Positions 30,590-42,551 of a stretch of 64,000 nt of DNA are shown in pieces. Position 1 is the first letter of the stretch. Each line of letters begins with the position of its first letter. This stretch comes from an uncultured Chloroflexia bacterium (GTDB lineage Bacteria; Chloroflexota; Dehalococcoidia; DSTF01; JALHUB01), in contig CAVSBT010000030.1 in the NCBI GenBank assembly GCA_963726245.1, forward strand, positions 32,001 through 96,000. Direction: 5' to 3'. The notes under the pieces are model-generated. The model did not search any database. It was given only the letters and a program-made list of their open reading frames with translations, and was not told the DNA's origin. The translations under genes and the position numbers were made by a program.

Positions 30590-33107
30590 ATGGCCCGCAC
30601 GATCCGCCTGCTGCGATGGTGCCTTGTCGGCAGCATAGTAGCGGCGCTGCTGGGCTACGTTGCCCTCTACCTTCTGCCGCTACCGCCTGCCCCCGCCGCC
30701 CCACCTCTGGCGGAATCGACGAAGATCCTCGACCGGCAGGGCCGTGTCCTGTACGACTCCGGCACCGCCGAGGGCCACCACACCTACCTGCCGCTCGACC
30801 AGGTGCCCGATCACCTCAAGCAGGCGGTCATCGCCACCGAGGACGCCTCCTTCTATAGCCACCCCGGCGTCGACATCGGAGCTATCCTCCGCGCCGCGTT
30901 CACGGACCTGCGCGATCGCGAGCTGACCTCCGGCGCCAGCACCATCACGCAGCAGTTGGCCCGCAACCTCTACTTCGATCCAGCGGAGCGCTCCTCTCGC
31001 AACCCGCTCCGCAAGCTGCGCGAGGCCGTGCTCGCCCTGCGGATGGACCGCACGCTCTCCAAAGACGAGATCCTGGAGCGGTTCCTGAACCAGGTCTACT
31101 TCGGCAACCTGGCTTACGGCGTGGAGGCGGCCTCGCGCACGTACTTCGGCAAGGGCGCCCGCGACCTGGACCTGGCCGAGTCCGCCTTGCTGGCCGGGCT
31201 GCTCCAGTCGCCCGCCGCCTACGACCCCTTCACGCAGATGGACGCCGCCAAGGCCCGGCAGGCGACGGTCCTCACGCGGATGGCCGATGAGGGGTACATC
31301 AGCCGCTGCCGAAGCGGAGGCGGCAGGGGCGGAGCCGCTGTCCCTGAACCCCACGCCCTTCCCTATCGAGGCGCCTCACTTCGTGGCCTGGGTGCGGGAC
31401 CAGCTCCCAGGCCTGGTGGGCGAGGCGGCCGTCGCGCAGGGCGACCTGCGCGTCTACACGTCGCTCGACCTGGACCTGCAGCAGTCAGCGCAGGCGGCCG
31501 TGGCCTGGCACGTGGGCCAGCTCAAGGACCGCAACGTGACCAACGGCGCCGTCGTCGCCATCGACCCGCAGACCGGGCAGGTGCTGGCCATGGTGGGAAG
31601 CGCCGACTACTTCGACGCCGATATCGACGGCGCCGTCAACCTCACACTGGCCGAGCGGCAGCCGGGAAGCTCCATCAAGCCCGTCGTCTACGCGGCCGCG
31701 CTGGAGGCGGGGTTCACGCCGGCGTCGCCGCTGCTGGACGTGCCGACAACGCTGAAGACCCGTCGCGGCGAGCCCTACGCGCCGAACAACTACGACTTCA
31801 CCTTCCACGGCGTCGTCCCCCTGCGGGAGGCGCTGGCCTCCTCCTACAACGTGCCCGCCGTCCGCGTCCTCGCCGCCATCGGCGTGGAGCGGGCCTTCGA
31901 GATGGGCCGGCGGCTCGGCCTCACGACCTTCCGCGACCCGTCACGCTACGACCTGTCGCTGACCCTTGGCGGCGGCGAGGTGCGGCTCCTGGACCTGACG
32001 GCGGCCTACGCGGCCTTCGCCATCGGAGGCGCGCGCGTCGACCCCGTGGCCGTGCTGCGCGTCGAGGACAGCGCCGGCAACGTCCTGTACGAGGCGCCGC
32101 GCGCCCTCGCGCGAGCCGGTGGTCTCGCCCCAGACCGCCTACCTCATCAGCGACATCCTCTCGGACAACGACGCGCGGGCGCCCGCATTCGGCCTGAACA
32201 GCCCACTCCGCCTCGACCGGCCGGCCGCCGCCAAGACCGGGACCACCAGCGACTTCCGCGACAACTGGACGGTGGGCTACACGCCTCAACTGGCCGTGGG
32301 CGTGTGGGTGGGCAACGCCGACAACAGCCCGATGCGGAACGTGTCGGGCGTCGATGGGGCGGCGCCCATCTGGCGGGACGTGATGCAGACAGCCCTGAAG
32401 GGCACAGCCAGCCGAGGGGTTCTCGGAGCCGGAAGGGATCGAGCGGGCGTCCGTATGCCTGCCGTCCGGCCTCCTGCCCACGCCCTACTGCCAGCGGCAG
32501 CGCACGGAAGTCTTCGCCGCCGGGACCGCGCCCACCGCCCAGGACGACTACTACCGGCCGGTTCTCGTCTGCGACGCCACGGGCCAAGCCGTGACGCCCG
32601 GCGACACGAGCTGCCCCGGCAGCGCCAGCGAGCGCGTCTTCGCCTTCGTGCCGCTGGAGGCCATCCCCTGGGCCCGGGAGGCAGGCATCGCCCTTCCGCC
32701 GCTGCCCCCGTACACGACAGCGGTGGATACCACGCGGGGCCGTGGGACACTCACACCCCCGCCTGAAGGCGGGGGCATGGATTCGTCGCCTAATGCCCCA
32801 GCCTTCAGGCTGGGGTCTTCTGAGGCCCTGCGGCTGACCTCACCGGCCGACGGCGCGGTCTTCCACCTGAGCCGCGAGCTCGGCCCGGAGGACCAGACGC
32901 TGCGCATCGAGGCTCTGCCCGCGACGCCGGTGCGCTACGTGGAGCTCTACGTCGACGGCGCGCTCATCGGCCGCGTGGACGCTGGTCCCTATCGGGCGTG
33001 GTGGAGTCCCAGCCCCGGGCTCCCACCAGGTCCGCGCCCGCGCCGTCGGTCTGGATGGAAACGAGACCTGGAGCGAAACAGCGAACGTTGCGGTCCTGCC
33101 GCCGTAA
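30590..33107 (+). CDS. pbpC: Penicillin-binding protein 1C-like (transglycosylase + transpeptidase + C-terminal domain; frameshifted)
   Basis: [24 protein letters not shown]; GSSIK, SYN, KTGT; upstream of alpha-2-macroglobulin. Confidence 0.88.
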
Positions 33108-33117
33108 GGAGGGAATC

Positions 33118-36100
33118 ATGCTGTCGCGTCTGAAGACCCGCATCCAATCCCTGTCGGTCCTGCTGCGAGACCGCTGGACGCGGCTGGGCCGGCGGCGACA
33201 GGTCGCGGTCGGCATCGTCGGCGCGCTGGTCGTGGCGGGCGGCGTCAGCGCCGCCGTTGTCCTCGGCCTGAGCGGCGGCGGCCTGCCTTCCTGCGACAAG
33301 CCCCTCTGCGCCGAGGTCATCGGCCCCGTGGGGGATGCTGTCCAGCCGATGGCGCCGGTGCGCATCCGGCTGGCCGGCGACCTGAATCGCAAGGCGGCCG
33401 TCGAGGCCCTGCAGATCAGCAACCAGCCGGCGGGCGACAAGCGCTTCGAGGGGGACGTCCTGACGTTCCGCCCGGAGTGGCCCGGCTTCGCCAGAGGCGT
33501 GAGCTACGACGTGGCCCTGGCTCTGCCCTCCTCGGAACTCCCCGTGGGAGCGGAGCCCGTCGACATGAGCTTCCGCTTCACCACCGACGGGAAGCTGCAG
33601 GTCTCGTCGGTCTTCCCCGAGGACGGCACACAGGAGGTGGCGCTGGACGCCGGCATCATGGTGCAGTTCAACCGCTCCGTGGCGCCCCTCACCGTCATCG
33701 ACGAACGCGGGCCGCAAGGAATCATCGAGTTCGACCCGCCGGTCGCGGGCGAGGGCCGCTGGTTGAACACGTCTCTCTACACCTTCACGCCGGCCGCCGC
33801 CGGGTGGGCGCCTGCCGCCCGATACACCGCCACCGTCAAAGCCGGGCTGGCCAACCAGTTGGGGGCCGAGCTCGAGAAGGACTACGTCTTCTCGTTCACA
33901 ACGGTCTCCCCAAAGGTGCTGATCTTCTTCCCGCTGGACAACACCAAGTTCGTGGGTCCTGAAGAGGAGATCAAGGTCGGCTTCAACCAGCCGGTGGACC
34001 GGCCCTCGGCCGAGGCCGGCTTCTCGCTGGTTCCCCAGGGCACGACGAACCCGGTCGCCGGAAGCTTCGAGTGGCTCGACGACCGGACGTTCGTGTTCCA
34101 CCAGGCGCAGCCGCTCGCCCTCGCCACAACGTTCGAGGCGGCGGTCCGCGCCGGCGTCAGGGCCCTCGACGCCACCGCCGCGACAGCCGAAGACGTGCGC
34201 TGGACGTTCACCAGCATCGGGCTGCCTCACGTTGCCTCCACCGACCCCGAGAACGGCAACCAGCATGCCCAGCGCAACGGCGTCCGCATCACCTTCACGA
34301 ACCCCATGGACCAGAAGTCCGTGGAGGACCACATCGTCATTTCGCCCAAGCCGGACAGCGACCCCTACATGAGCTGGGAGGCGACGGGCCTCAACCTCTA
34401 CCTGGGCTTCGATATGAAACCCTCGGCCGTCTACCGCGTTACCCTGAGCACCGACGCCAGGGACCGCTACGGCCAGCCCCTCGTCGAGCCGTTGGACCTG
34501 AGCTTCGTGACCGAGCGGATGCAGCCGGGCTTCAGCATCTTCCGCTCCTCCCGCTCGGGCACGTTCAACGTCTACCTGGACCCGACGATATTCGTTAGCT
34601 CCTGGAACCTGGAGCGCCTGGACTTCGAGCTCTATCGCATCGACCGCAACGGCCTCATCGCGACCGAACGCGAGCCCTACCGGTCGTACACGCCGCCGCC
34701 GACCGGTCTGGTGCGGAAGTGGAGCGAGTCCGTTGAGAACCCACCTCTCGACCAGCCGACCCTCACATCCACGCGGCTGGCACAGGAAGACTCCAAGCTG
34801 CCCGAGGGAGTCTACTTCCTGCGCGTCTCCGCGCCGGGAACCGATGGCTACGACGAGATGGCCATCGTTGTCAGCAGCGTGAACGTCGCCAGCAAGTGGA
34901 CGCGGGACGACCTGCTGACCTGGCTGGTGGACATGTCGACGGGCGAGCCGATAGCCGGACTGCCCTTCCAGGTCCTGGACTCCGCCGCCAACGTCGTCGC
35001 CAGCGGTACGACAGATACGGACGGCCTGGCTCACATCAAGGTGCCGGAACCGCCTCAAGGCAACTACTGGTCGGGCTACTACCTGTCGGCTGAGCAGGGC
35101 GGGCGGACGATCCTGGCGGGCACCGCCTGGAACGACGGCATCGGCCCCTGGAACTTCAGCTCAGACATGAGCTTCGAGTTCGCGCCGCCCGACCTCGTCG
35201 GGTATCTGTACACCGACCGGCCCATCTACCGCCCTGGCGAGACGGTGTACTTGAAGGGCGTCGTGCGCGGGGACGACGACGCACGCTACTCAATGCCCTT
35301 CCGGCCCCACGCTTGCCCTCACGATTCGCGACGAGCAGGGCCGGGTGGTGAACAGCCAGTCTGTCACCCTCTCCGACATGGGAACCTTCGACACGGACCT
35401 CGCCCTCAGCTCCGAGGCGTCGACCGGCATGTACTACGCCTCCCTGACGCAGGGCCAGCCCTCGCCAGACGTCTACCGCCCGGACGTGGCCTACGTTTCC
35501 TTTAGGGTGGCGGAGTTCCGCAAGCCCGAGTTCGAGGTCAACGTCACCACTGACAAGGACTCTTATGTCAACGGCGAGACGATCCAGGCGAGTGTCGCGG
35601 CCGACCTCTTCTTCGGCGCTCCCCTGGCCAACGCCGACGTGAAGTGGCAGATCACGGCGCAGCCGTTCTCCTTCCAGCACGAGGACTACCCAGGCTACAG
35701 CTTCAGCGACTACCAGCGGGACTACCAGTACGACGACTACGGCCCGCGCTACGAGCCCCAGCAGTACATGCGCGGCGAGGGTACCGGCAAGACGGACGCC
35801 CAGGGTCGCTTCAGCTTCAGCGCGCCGGCGAATGTCTCCAGCGACCCGCTGAGCCAGACCTTCACCGTCGAAGCCACGGTCACCGACCAGAACGCGCAGT
35901 CGGTCGCCGAGTTCACGGCCGTCGAGGTGCACAAGGGGAAGTTCTACCTCGGCCTCAAGCCCGAGTCATACGTCGCCTTCGCCGGCGAGGAGACGAAGGT
36001 CAGCCTTGTGAGCATCGAACCCGATGGCAAGCCGGTCGCTAACGTGCCGGTCAAGGTCAGCATCTACGAGCGCAAGTGGCGCACCATCCGTCAGCGCGAC

Positions 36101-39100
36101 CCCGACGGCCAGCAGCGCTACCACAGCGAGCCCGAGGATACCCTTCAGGAGACCATGGACGCCCGCACCGGCGCGGACGGGACGGGCGAGTTCGCCTTCA
36201 CGCCGGCGAAGAGCGGCGAGTACTACGTGGTGGTCGAGGCCAAGGACAGCGCCGGCAACCCCATCAAAGCCTCGGACTTCGTGTGGGCGTCCAGCGCAGA
36301 GCACGCGAGCTGGTCGGTTGGCAACGACGACGTCATCAAGCTTGTCGCCGACAAGGCCGAGTACAGCCCCGGCGACACGGCGAAGATCCTCGTCGCAGCG
36401 CCCTTCGAGGCCAGCCGCGGGCTTGTCACCCAGGAGCGCGGCCGCCTCATAGGCTACGAGCTACATGACTTCCAGACGAACTCCGACATCCTCGAGGTTC
36501 CGATCACCGCCGACCACATCCCCAACGTCTACGTCGGCGTCACCCTCTTCAAGCCGCCGACGGCGGACAACCCGATGCCCCAGGTGAAGTTCGGGCTGGT
36601 GGAGCTCAAGGTCTCCACCGACCAGAAGAAGCTTCGTATCTCGATCGAGCCCGACAAGGACAAGCTTCAGCCCCGCGACACGGTCAAGTACAAGATCACC
36701 ACCACCGACAGCGAGGGCCATGGCGTCCCGGCAGAGCTCTCGCTGGCCATGGTTGACCTATCCGTGCTCTCACTTCAGGACGAATTCGCCCGGCCCGTCC
36801 TCCAGGCCTTCTGGGACCAGCGGCCGCTCGGCGTGCTCACAGGCTCCTCCTTCGCCGTCTCCATCGACCGCGCCAACGAGCTGGCCATCAGTCGACAGGC
36901 CGGCGGCGGCAAGGGCGGCGGCGGCGGCGCCGGCGACCAGACGCGCACCTTCTTCCCCAACACCGCCTACTGGGAACCGAGCCTGCGCACGGACGGCGAC
37001 GGCAAGGCCACGGTTGAGGTGAAACTGCCGGATACCCTCACCACGTGGCGTCTCACCGCCCGAGGCGTCACGACCGACACCAAGGCCGGGGAGGCCCGCA
37101 ACGACATCGTCACGTCCAAGGAGCTGATCGTGCGGCCGGCGGTGCCGCGATTCCTGGTCGCCGACGATCACGCCTTCCTGGGGGCGATCGTCCACAACTT
37201 CAGCGACGCTTCTCTTGACGTCGACGTGTCGTTGACCGCGGATGGGCTGGACGTCGAGGGGAAGGACACGCAGTCGGTGACCATCGAGCCCGGCGAGGAC
37301 GCCCTCGTGCGCTGGGAACGACGGCGCCGCCGGGCCGCGACAGCGTGGACCTCACGTTCAAGGCCGAGGGCGGCGGCAGGTCCGACTCCGTGGGGCTGAC
37401 GCTGCCCCTGTACGGGTTCGTCACGCCCGAGACCGTGGGCACGGCAGGAGAGGTGACGGACGAGGCGTCGGAAGCCATCGAGGTCCCCTACTACGTGCGG
37501 CCCGACGCCGGCGAGCTGACGGTGAGCGTGTCGCCCTCGCTGGCGGCCGGGGTGAACACGGCCATCGACTACCTCAAGGAGTACCCGTGGGAGAGCACCG
37601 AGGTCACGGTCAGCCGCTTCGTGTCGGTCCTGGCCCTCCAGCGCGCCACCGAGCAGCTCGGGCTCAGCGACCTCGGCGCGCCGTCGACCGACGTGGATGC
37701 GCTGGTCCAGCGATCGCTGCAGCGGCTGTACAACTACCAGCACCAGGACGGCGGCTGGGGCTGGTGGTCCGGCGACGACTCGGACCCGGCGATCAGCGCT
37801 TACGTAGTCGCCGGCATGGCTGAGGCCAAACGCGCCGGGTTCAGCGCGGACCAGTACGTCGACGACAGGGCCGCCGCAGTACCTCACGGGCGAACTGGAC
37901 AAGTCGCGCGACGTGCTCACGCCCGAGCTCGACCTGAGCGCCTACATCCTCTACGCGCTGGCCCTTGACGGCCGCGGCGACCTGGGGAGAACCTTCTCCA
38001 TGGCCGAGCGGCGGGCCAACCTCAGCAACACCGCTAAGGCCTGGATCGCCCTGGCCATCAAGCTGAGCGGCGGCGACGAGAAGGACCCCCGCCTCACCTC
38101 GCTCCTCTCCGACCTCCAGTCGGCCGCCATCCCCTCGGCGACGGGCAACCACTGGGAGGAGGCGCAGTACAACCCGGACATCTTCGGCGACAGCACGCAG
38201 ACCACGGCCCAGGTGCTCCAGGCTCTCACCGAGTTCCAGCCCGAGCACCCGCTGGTGGACGGCACGCTGCGCTGGCTGATGGTCGCCAGGAAGGAGGGCC
38301 ACTGGGAGTCCTCCCACGACACGGCCATCGCCCTCCTGGCGATCACCGACTTCATGCTCGTGCGCAAGGACGCGCAGGAGTCCTTCGACTATCGCGTGGA
38401 GCTGAACGGCGACGCCAAGCTCAAGGGTACGGCCGAGGCGGGCAAGGTGAACCAGGAGGATAAGACCGTCATCGACATGAAGGACCTGTTGAAGGACACG
38501 GTGAACGAGCTGAAGCTGACGCGCCAGCCATCCGATGCCGCCGGCCGCCTCTACTACACGGCGCACCTGCGCTACTTCACGCCGGCTGAGAACATCGAGG
38601 CGGCGAACTACGGCATCGGCGTCTCCCACCAGTACTTCCGGGCCGACGTGAACCCCGAAACGCCGGTGACGGAGGTGCAGCTCGGCGACACCGTGATGGT
38701 CAAGGTGACCCTCACGGCGCCGTCCGACCTGAACTTCCTGGTGCTGGAGGACTACCTGCCCGCGGGCCTGGAACCGATCGATACCAGCCTGAAGACGACG
38801 TCCGGCGAGATCCAGCGCCGCCTCTACGAGGAGGAGCGCAAGGCGTACCAGATTCAAAAGCGTTACAGCCCCTTCGGCCACACGGACATCCGGGACAACC
38901 GCGTCGCCTTGTTCGCGCGCTTCGTGCCCAAGGGCGTGTACGAGTACACCTACTTCGCCCAGGCGACGACGCCCGGCGAGTTCAAGCTGGCGCCGGCCAC
39001 GGCCTACGAGCAGTACTTCCCGGAGGTCTGGGGCCGGAGCGACGGCGGCACGTTCGTCGTGCGAGAGGAGGCGGGCGCCTCGCGGGGCCGGCCCCTCGAG

Positions 39101-39307
39101 CCTCCCCAGGTGAGCATCACGGGCGACGCGCCTCCCGACGCCGCGCCGCCATCGCGCGAGGTCTCGACACGGCTTCCGTGCTTCGCTGCCCCCTTGTACT
39201 GCCTGGATGAATCCGAGAGAATGCGCAATCAGGCCCAGAGAGGCAGTGGAAATTGGCGGCGCCTAAAGGGTACAATCTGCTGGGCTGGAAGCAGCCCCTT
39301 GCCGTGA
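33118..39307 (+). CDS. Membrane-anchored bacterial alpha-2-macroglobulin with N-terminal Ig-like (Big_5-type) repeats (frameshifts ~35300, ~37325, ~37880)
   Basis: YTDRPIYRPGETV, EFRKPEFEV, RTFFPNTAYW, LPDTLTTWR, QHQDGGWGWW, LEDYLPAGLE, YFPEVWGRS. Confidence 0.92.
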
Positions 39308-39332
39308 GACAGGCGCGAGGTAGGGGAAGCCA

Positions 39333-40169
39333 ATGACACAATCTGAGGCGGTGACAGACGGAAGGTGGTCGCTGGAGAAGTTCGCCCAGAACCCCTTCTA
39401 CCGGGAGATAAACCGTCGCCTGGTTGCCCTGGCCAGTCTGCGACCAGGCATGAAGGTGGTGGACCTGGGCGCTGGCACGGGCGCCGTTACCTGTCTGATA
39501 GCGCAGCACGTCTCCGGGCCCGGCGCCGAGGTGATCGCGCTGGAGCCGTCCCGGACCGCTCTGGAGGTGACGAAACAGAATCTGGCGGACGCCAAAGATG
39601 TCGTGCTGGACTTTATCAGGGGAAGCGCGGAGAACCTCTCTCAGCTAGTTAGACGGCGGCGGCCCGTGGACGCGATCTTCTTCTGCAACGCCATTCACCT
39701 GGTGCAGGAGAAGGGCACCGTTGTCCGAGAGGTATACCGCAGCCTGCGCGACGGCGGCACGTTCTCCTTCAACACCTCCTTCTTCCAGGGGGCCGAGCCG
39801 CCGGAGTCGATGCAGTTCTACCGGCGCTGGATGATGAAGGCGCTGCGCTATCTCCGCGAGGAGTACAACCTGGCCCCTGACAAGGCTCAGCGCGCCCTGG
39901 CCCGCCAGCAGCTCACTCCGGAAGAGTACATCGACCTGCTAGAGGCCAACGGCTTTCGCGTGCGCGAGAAGGAGGTCGTGCCCGTACCCATAACTTTGAA
40001 CGGCTTCAGAGGAATCAGCGAGTACGGGCTGTTCATCGAGGGGGCTATGCCCGGCGTGCCCCTGGAACCGGCCAGCGAGGCCCTCAAGCACGCCGTGGGT
40101 GTAACGTTCGAAGAGCTGGGACTTGAGGCCTCGCCCCGCAACTGGCTTCTCGTCGTGGCGGAGAAATAG
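39333..40169 (+). CDS. Class I SAM-dependent methyltransferase
   Basis: VVDLGAGTG motif I, GSAE, DAIFFCNAIH. Confidence 0.85.
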   Translation: MTQSEAVTDGRWSLEKFAQNPFYREINRRLVALASLRPGMKVVDLGAGTGAVTCLIAQHVSGPGAEVIALEPSRTALEVTKQNLADAKDVVLDFIRGSAENLSQLVRRRRPVDAIFFCNAIHLVQEKGTVVREVYRSLRDGGTFSFNTSFFQGAEPPESMQFYRRWMMKALRYLREEYNLAPDKAQRALARQQLTPEEYIDLLEANGFRVREKEVVPVPITLNGFRGISEYGLFIEGAMPGVPLEPASEALKHAVGVTFEELGLEASPRNWLLVVAEK

Positions 40170-40267
40170 CCGAAGGCTCGGTACCCCCGTAGAAGCCCCT
40201 CTGGTTGAGACCCCGTGGCTGACAATGGCCGGCCCAGCAAGCCTGGCCCTATAATGGCCTGGGTTCA

Positions 40268-40948
40268 GTGAAGAAGATCCTCGTTGTCGATGATGAGCCC
40301 ACGCTGGTAGCAACGCTCAAATACAACCTGGAGCGCGAAGGCTACCAGGTGTTCACCGCCTCTGACGGTGAAGCAGGCCTGTCTCTGGCACGCGCCAGCC
40401 ACCCCGACTTGATTCTTCTCGACCTCATGCTGCCCGTTCTCGATGGCCTCGAAGTCTGCCGCATCCTTCGCCGCGAGACGGCAGTCCCGATCCTAATGCT
40501 CACCGCGAAGGTCGAGGAGGTGGACAAGGTGGTAGGGCTGGAGCTGGGGGCCGACGACTACGTCACCAAGCCCTTCAGCACGCGTGAGCTCCTCGCTCGC
40601 GTCCGTGCTCTCCTCCGCCGCGCCGAGACGGCGCCCGCAGCCGAGGCGGAGCTCCTGACCACGGGCGATCTTCAGGTAGACCTGCGACGGAGGGAAGCGT
40701 CGAGGGACGGCCGGGCGCTGGCCCTCAAGCCCAAAGAGTACGAGTTGCTGCTTTTCTTGGTGCGGAACCGCGGCCGCGCCTTCACCCGCGAGGAGCTCCT
40801 GAGCCGCATCTGGGGATATGACTTCGCCGGCGACTCCCGTACTGTCGACGTCCACGTCCGCTGGCTGCGCCAGAAGATCGAAGAGGCGCCGGCCAGCCCC
40901 ACGCGCCTGATCACGATCCGCGGCGTCGGCTACCGGTTCGAGGCGTAA
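40268..40948 (+). CDS. phoB: OmpR/PhoB-family response regulator
   Basis: [35 protein letters not shown]; upstream of pst operon. Confidence 0.88.
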   Translation: MKKILVVDDEPTLVATLKYNLEREGYQVFTASDGEAGLSLARASHPDLILLDLMLPVLDGLEVCRILRRETAVPILMLTAKVEEVDKVVGLELGADDYVTKPFSTRELLARVRALLRRAETAPAAEAELLTTGDLQVDLRRREASRDGRALALKPKEYELLLFLVRNRGRAFTREELLSRIWGYDFAGDSRTVDVHVRWLRQKIEEAPASPTRLITIRGVGYRFEA

Positions 40949-40950
40949 GG

Positions 40951-42250
40951 ATGGATGCCCGTTCCATCCTGATCGTCGTTATCACCGCAGCGGTGGTGGC
41001 CGCCGCCCTGGGCCTCGCGGTTGGCGGCACCATCCTGCGGCCGCTGGGCCGCCTGACGCGGGCCGCCCGTGGCATAGCCAGCGGCAACCTCAGCGAGCGG
41101 GTGAGCCCGCGGCCTTCCGGAGAAGTGGGCAAGGTGGCCGACGCGTTCAACCAGATGGCCCAAACTCTACAAGATATGGTGGAGGAGACGGCTCGGGAGC
41201 GTCACCGCCTGACGGCCGCCCTCAACAGCAGCATCGACGCGGCGGTGGCGGTGGATCCGGAAGGGCGGGTGACCTTCGCCAACGTCGCCGCGGAGCGCCT
41301 GTTCACGCGCTCTCAGAAAGAGCTGATGGGCAATCCCTTCGCCTGGATCCTGCCTGACGAGCAAGTGATAGAGGCGCTGCGATCGAGCCGCGAGCAAGGC
41401 CGGCAAGAGACGCGCCTCGTCGAGAGGCCGAATCGCCAGCACCTTCAGGTCATCACGGCGCCCATCGTCGGTGGTGGCGACTGGGCCACCCTGGTGGTCT
41501 TCCACGACCTGACCGACGCCCGGCGAGTCGAGCAAGTGCGGCGGGACTTCATAGCCAACGTCTCCCATGAGCTCAGGACGCCGCTTGCGTCAATCAAGTC
41601 AGTGGTCGAGACGCTGGAGTCGGGCGCGTTGAACGACCAGGCCATCGCCCGGGAGCTGCTCTCACGGGCAGACGGAGAGGTGGACCGGCTGGTGCAACTG
41701 GTGGAGGAGCTACTGGAGCTATCTCGCCTGGAATCCGGGCAAGCGCCGCTCGCCCGGGAGCCGGTGGACATGGAGGCCGTCCTGACCAGGGCGGTCGAGC
41801 GACTCACGGCCCCAGGCGGCGAAGCGGGAGCTACACCTCACCCTGGAGGTCGCTCCGGGCCTGCCCCCCGTCACCGGCGACGCCGAGCGACTGGAGCGAG
41901 TGGCCGTCAATCTCATCCATAACGCCCTCAAGTTCACCCCGGCCGGCGGCTCCGTCCGTGTGTCGGCGGGCCTGGTGGGCGGCGCAGTCACCGTCCAGGT
42001 GAGCGACACGGGCAGCGGCATCGCCCCCGAAGACCTGCCGCGCATCTTCGAACGCTTCTACAAGGCGGACCGCGCCCGCAACCAGCCGGGCGCCCGGACG
42101 AGCGGCAGCGGCGGCACCGGTCTCGGCCTGGCCGTGGTCAAGCACACGGTCGAGGTCCACGGCGGCACCGTCGCCGTCGAGAGCGAGCTCGGCCGGGGCT
42201 CCACGTTCAGCTTCTCGATTCCTCTGGCACCTCCCTCCCCGGAGGGTTAG
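40951..42250 (+). CDS. phoR: PhoR-like HAMP-PAS histidine kinase (frameshift ~41810)
   Basis: RRDFIANVSHELRTPL, NLIHNALKF, RIFERFYKAD, GGTGLGL. Confidence 0.88.
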
Positions 42251-42371
42251 GGGTCTGTTGGCAAACCCAAGTGGGCCGCTCCTGGTTCGACAGGCTCACC
42301 ATGAGCGGATTCTGAGAACCGCTCGTCCTGAGCCTGTCGAAGGGCGGGCGGCTGCTTCTTCAGCAGACCCT
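42250..42371. repeat. ~120-bp palindromic MITE/REP-like element
   Basis: Terminal IR AGGGTCTGTTG / CAGCAGACCCT; internal IR TTCGACAGGCTCA / TGAGCCTGTCGAA. Confidence 0.75.
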
Positions 42372-42438
42372 TAACTCCCCCGTCTTCACGCTCCGCCGCC
42401 TCTGGCGATGAGCGCCGGCAACCACGAGAGTCCCCAAC

Positions 42439-42493
42439 TTTTACCGCTCGTTCATCCGCGTTAACAACCCGTTAAACGAGAGGCATTATCGTA
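42439..42493 (+). promoter_or_regulatory. PHO-box-like direct repeats upstream of pstS
   Basis: TTTTAC, GTTCAT, GTTAAC, GTTAAA at 42439, 42450, 42460, 42471 (11/10/11 spacing), then TATCGT. Confidence 0.55.
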
Positions 42494-42551
42494 ACAACTA
42501 ATAGAGGTTGCAGGGAGCAATCATCTCAAAGGAGGAAACCCTTGACGCAAA

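Noticed and set aside
39333-40169. Methyltransferase as a hopanoid methylase
   Set aside because: Class I SAM fold, not the B12 radical-SAM HpnP/HpnR type; about 12 kb from the operon
40170-40225. Possible IS200/IS605 end-like sequence (GAAGCCCC...CCGTGG)
   Set aside because: Too short and degenerate; no tnpA or tnpB nearby
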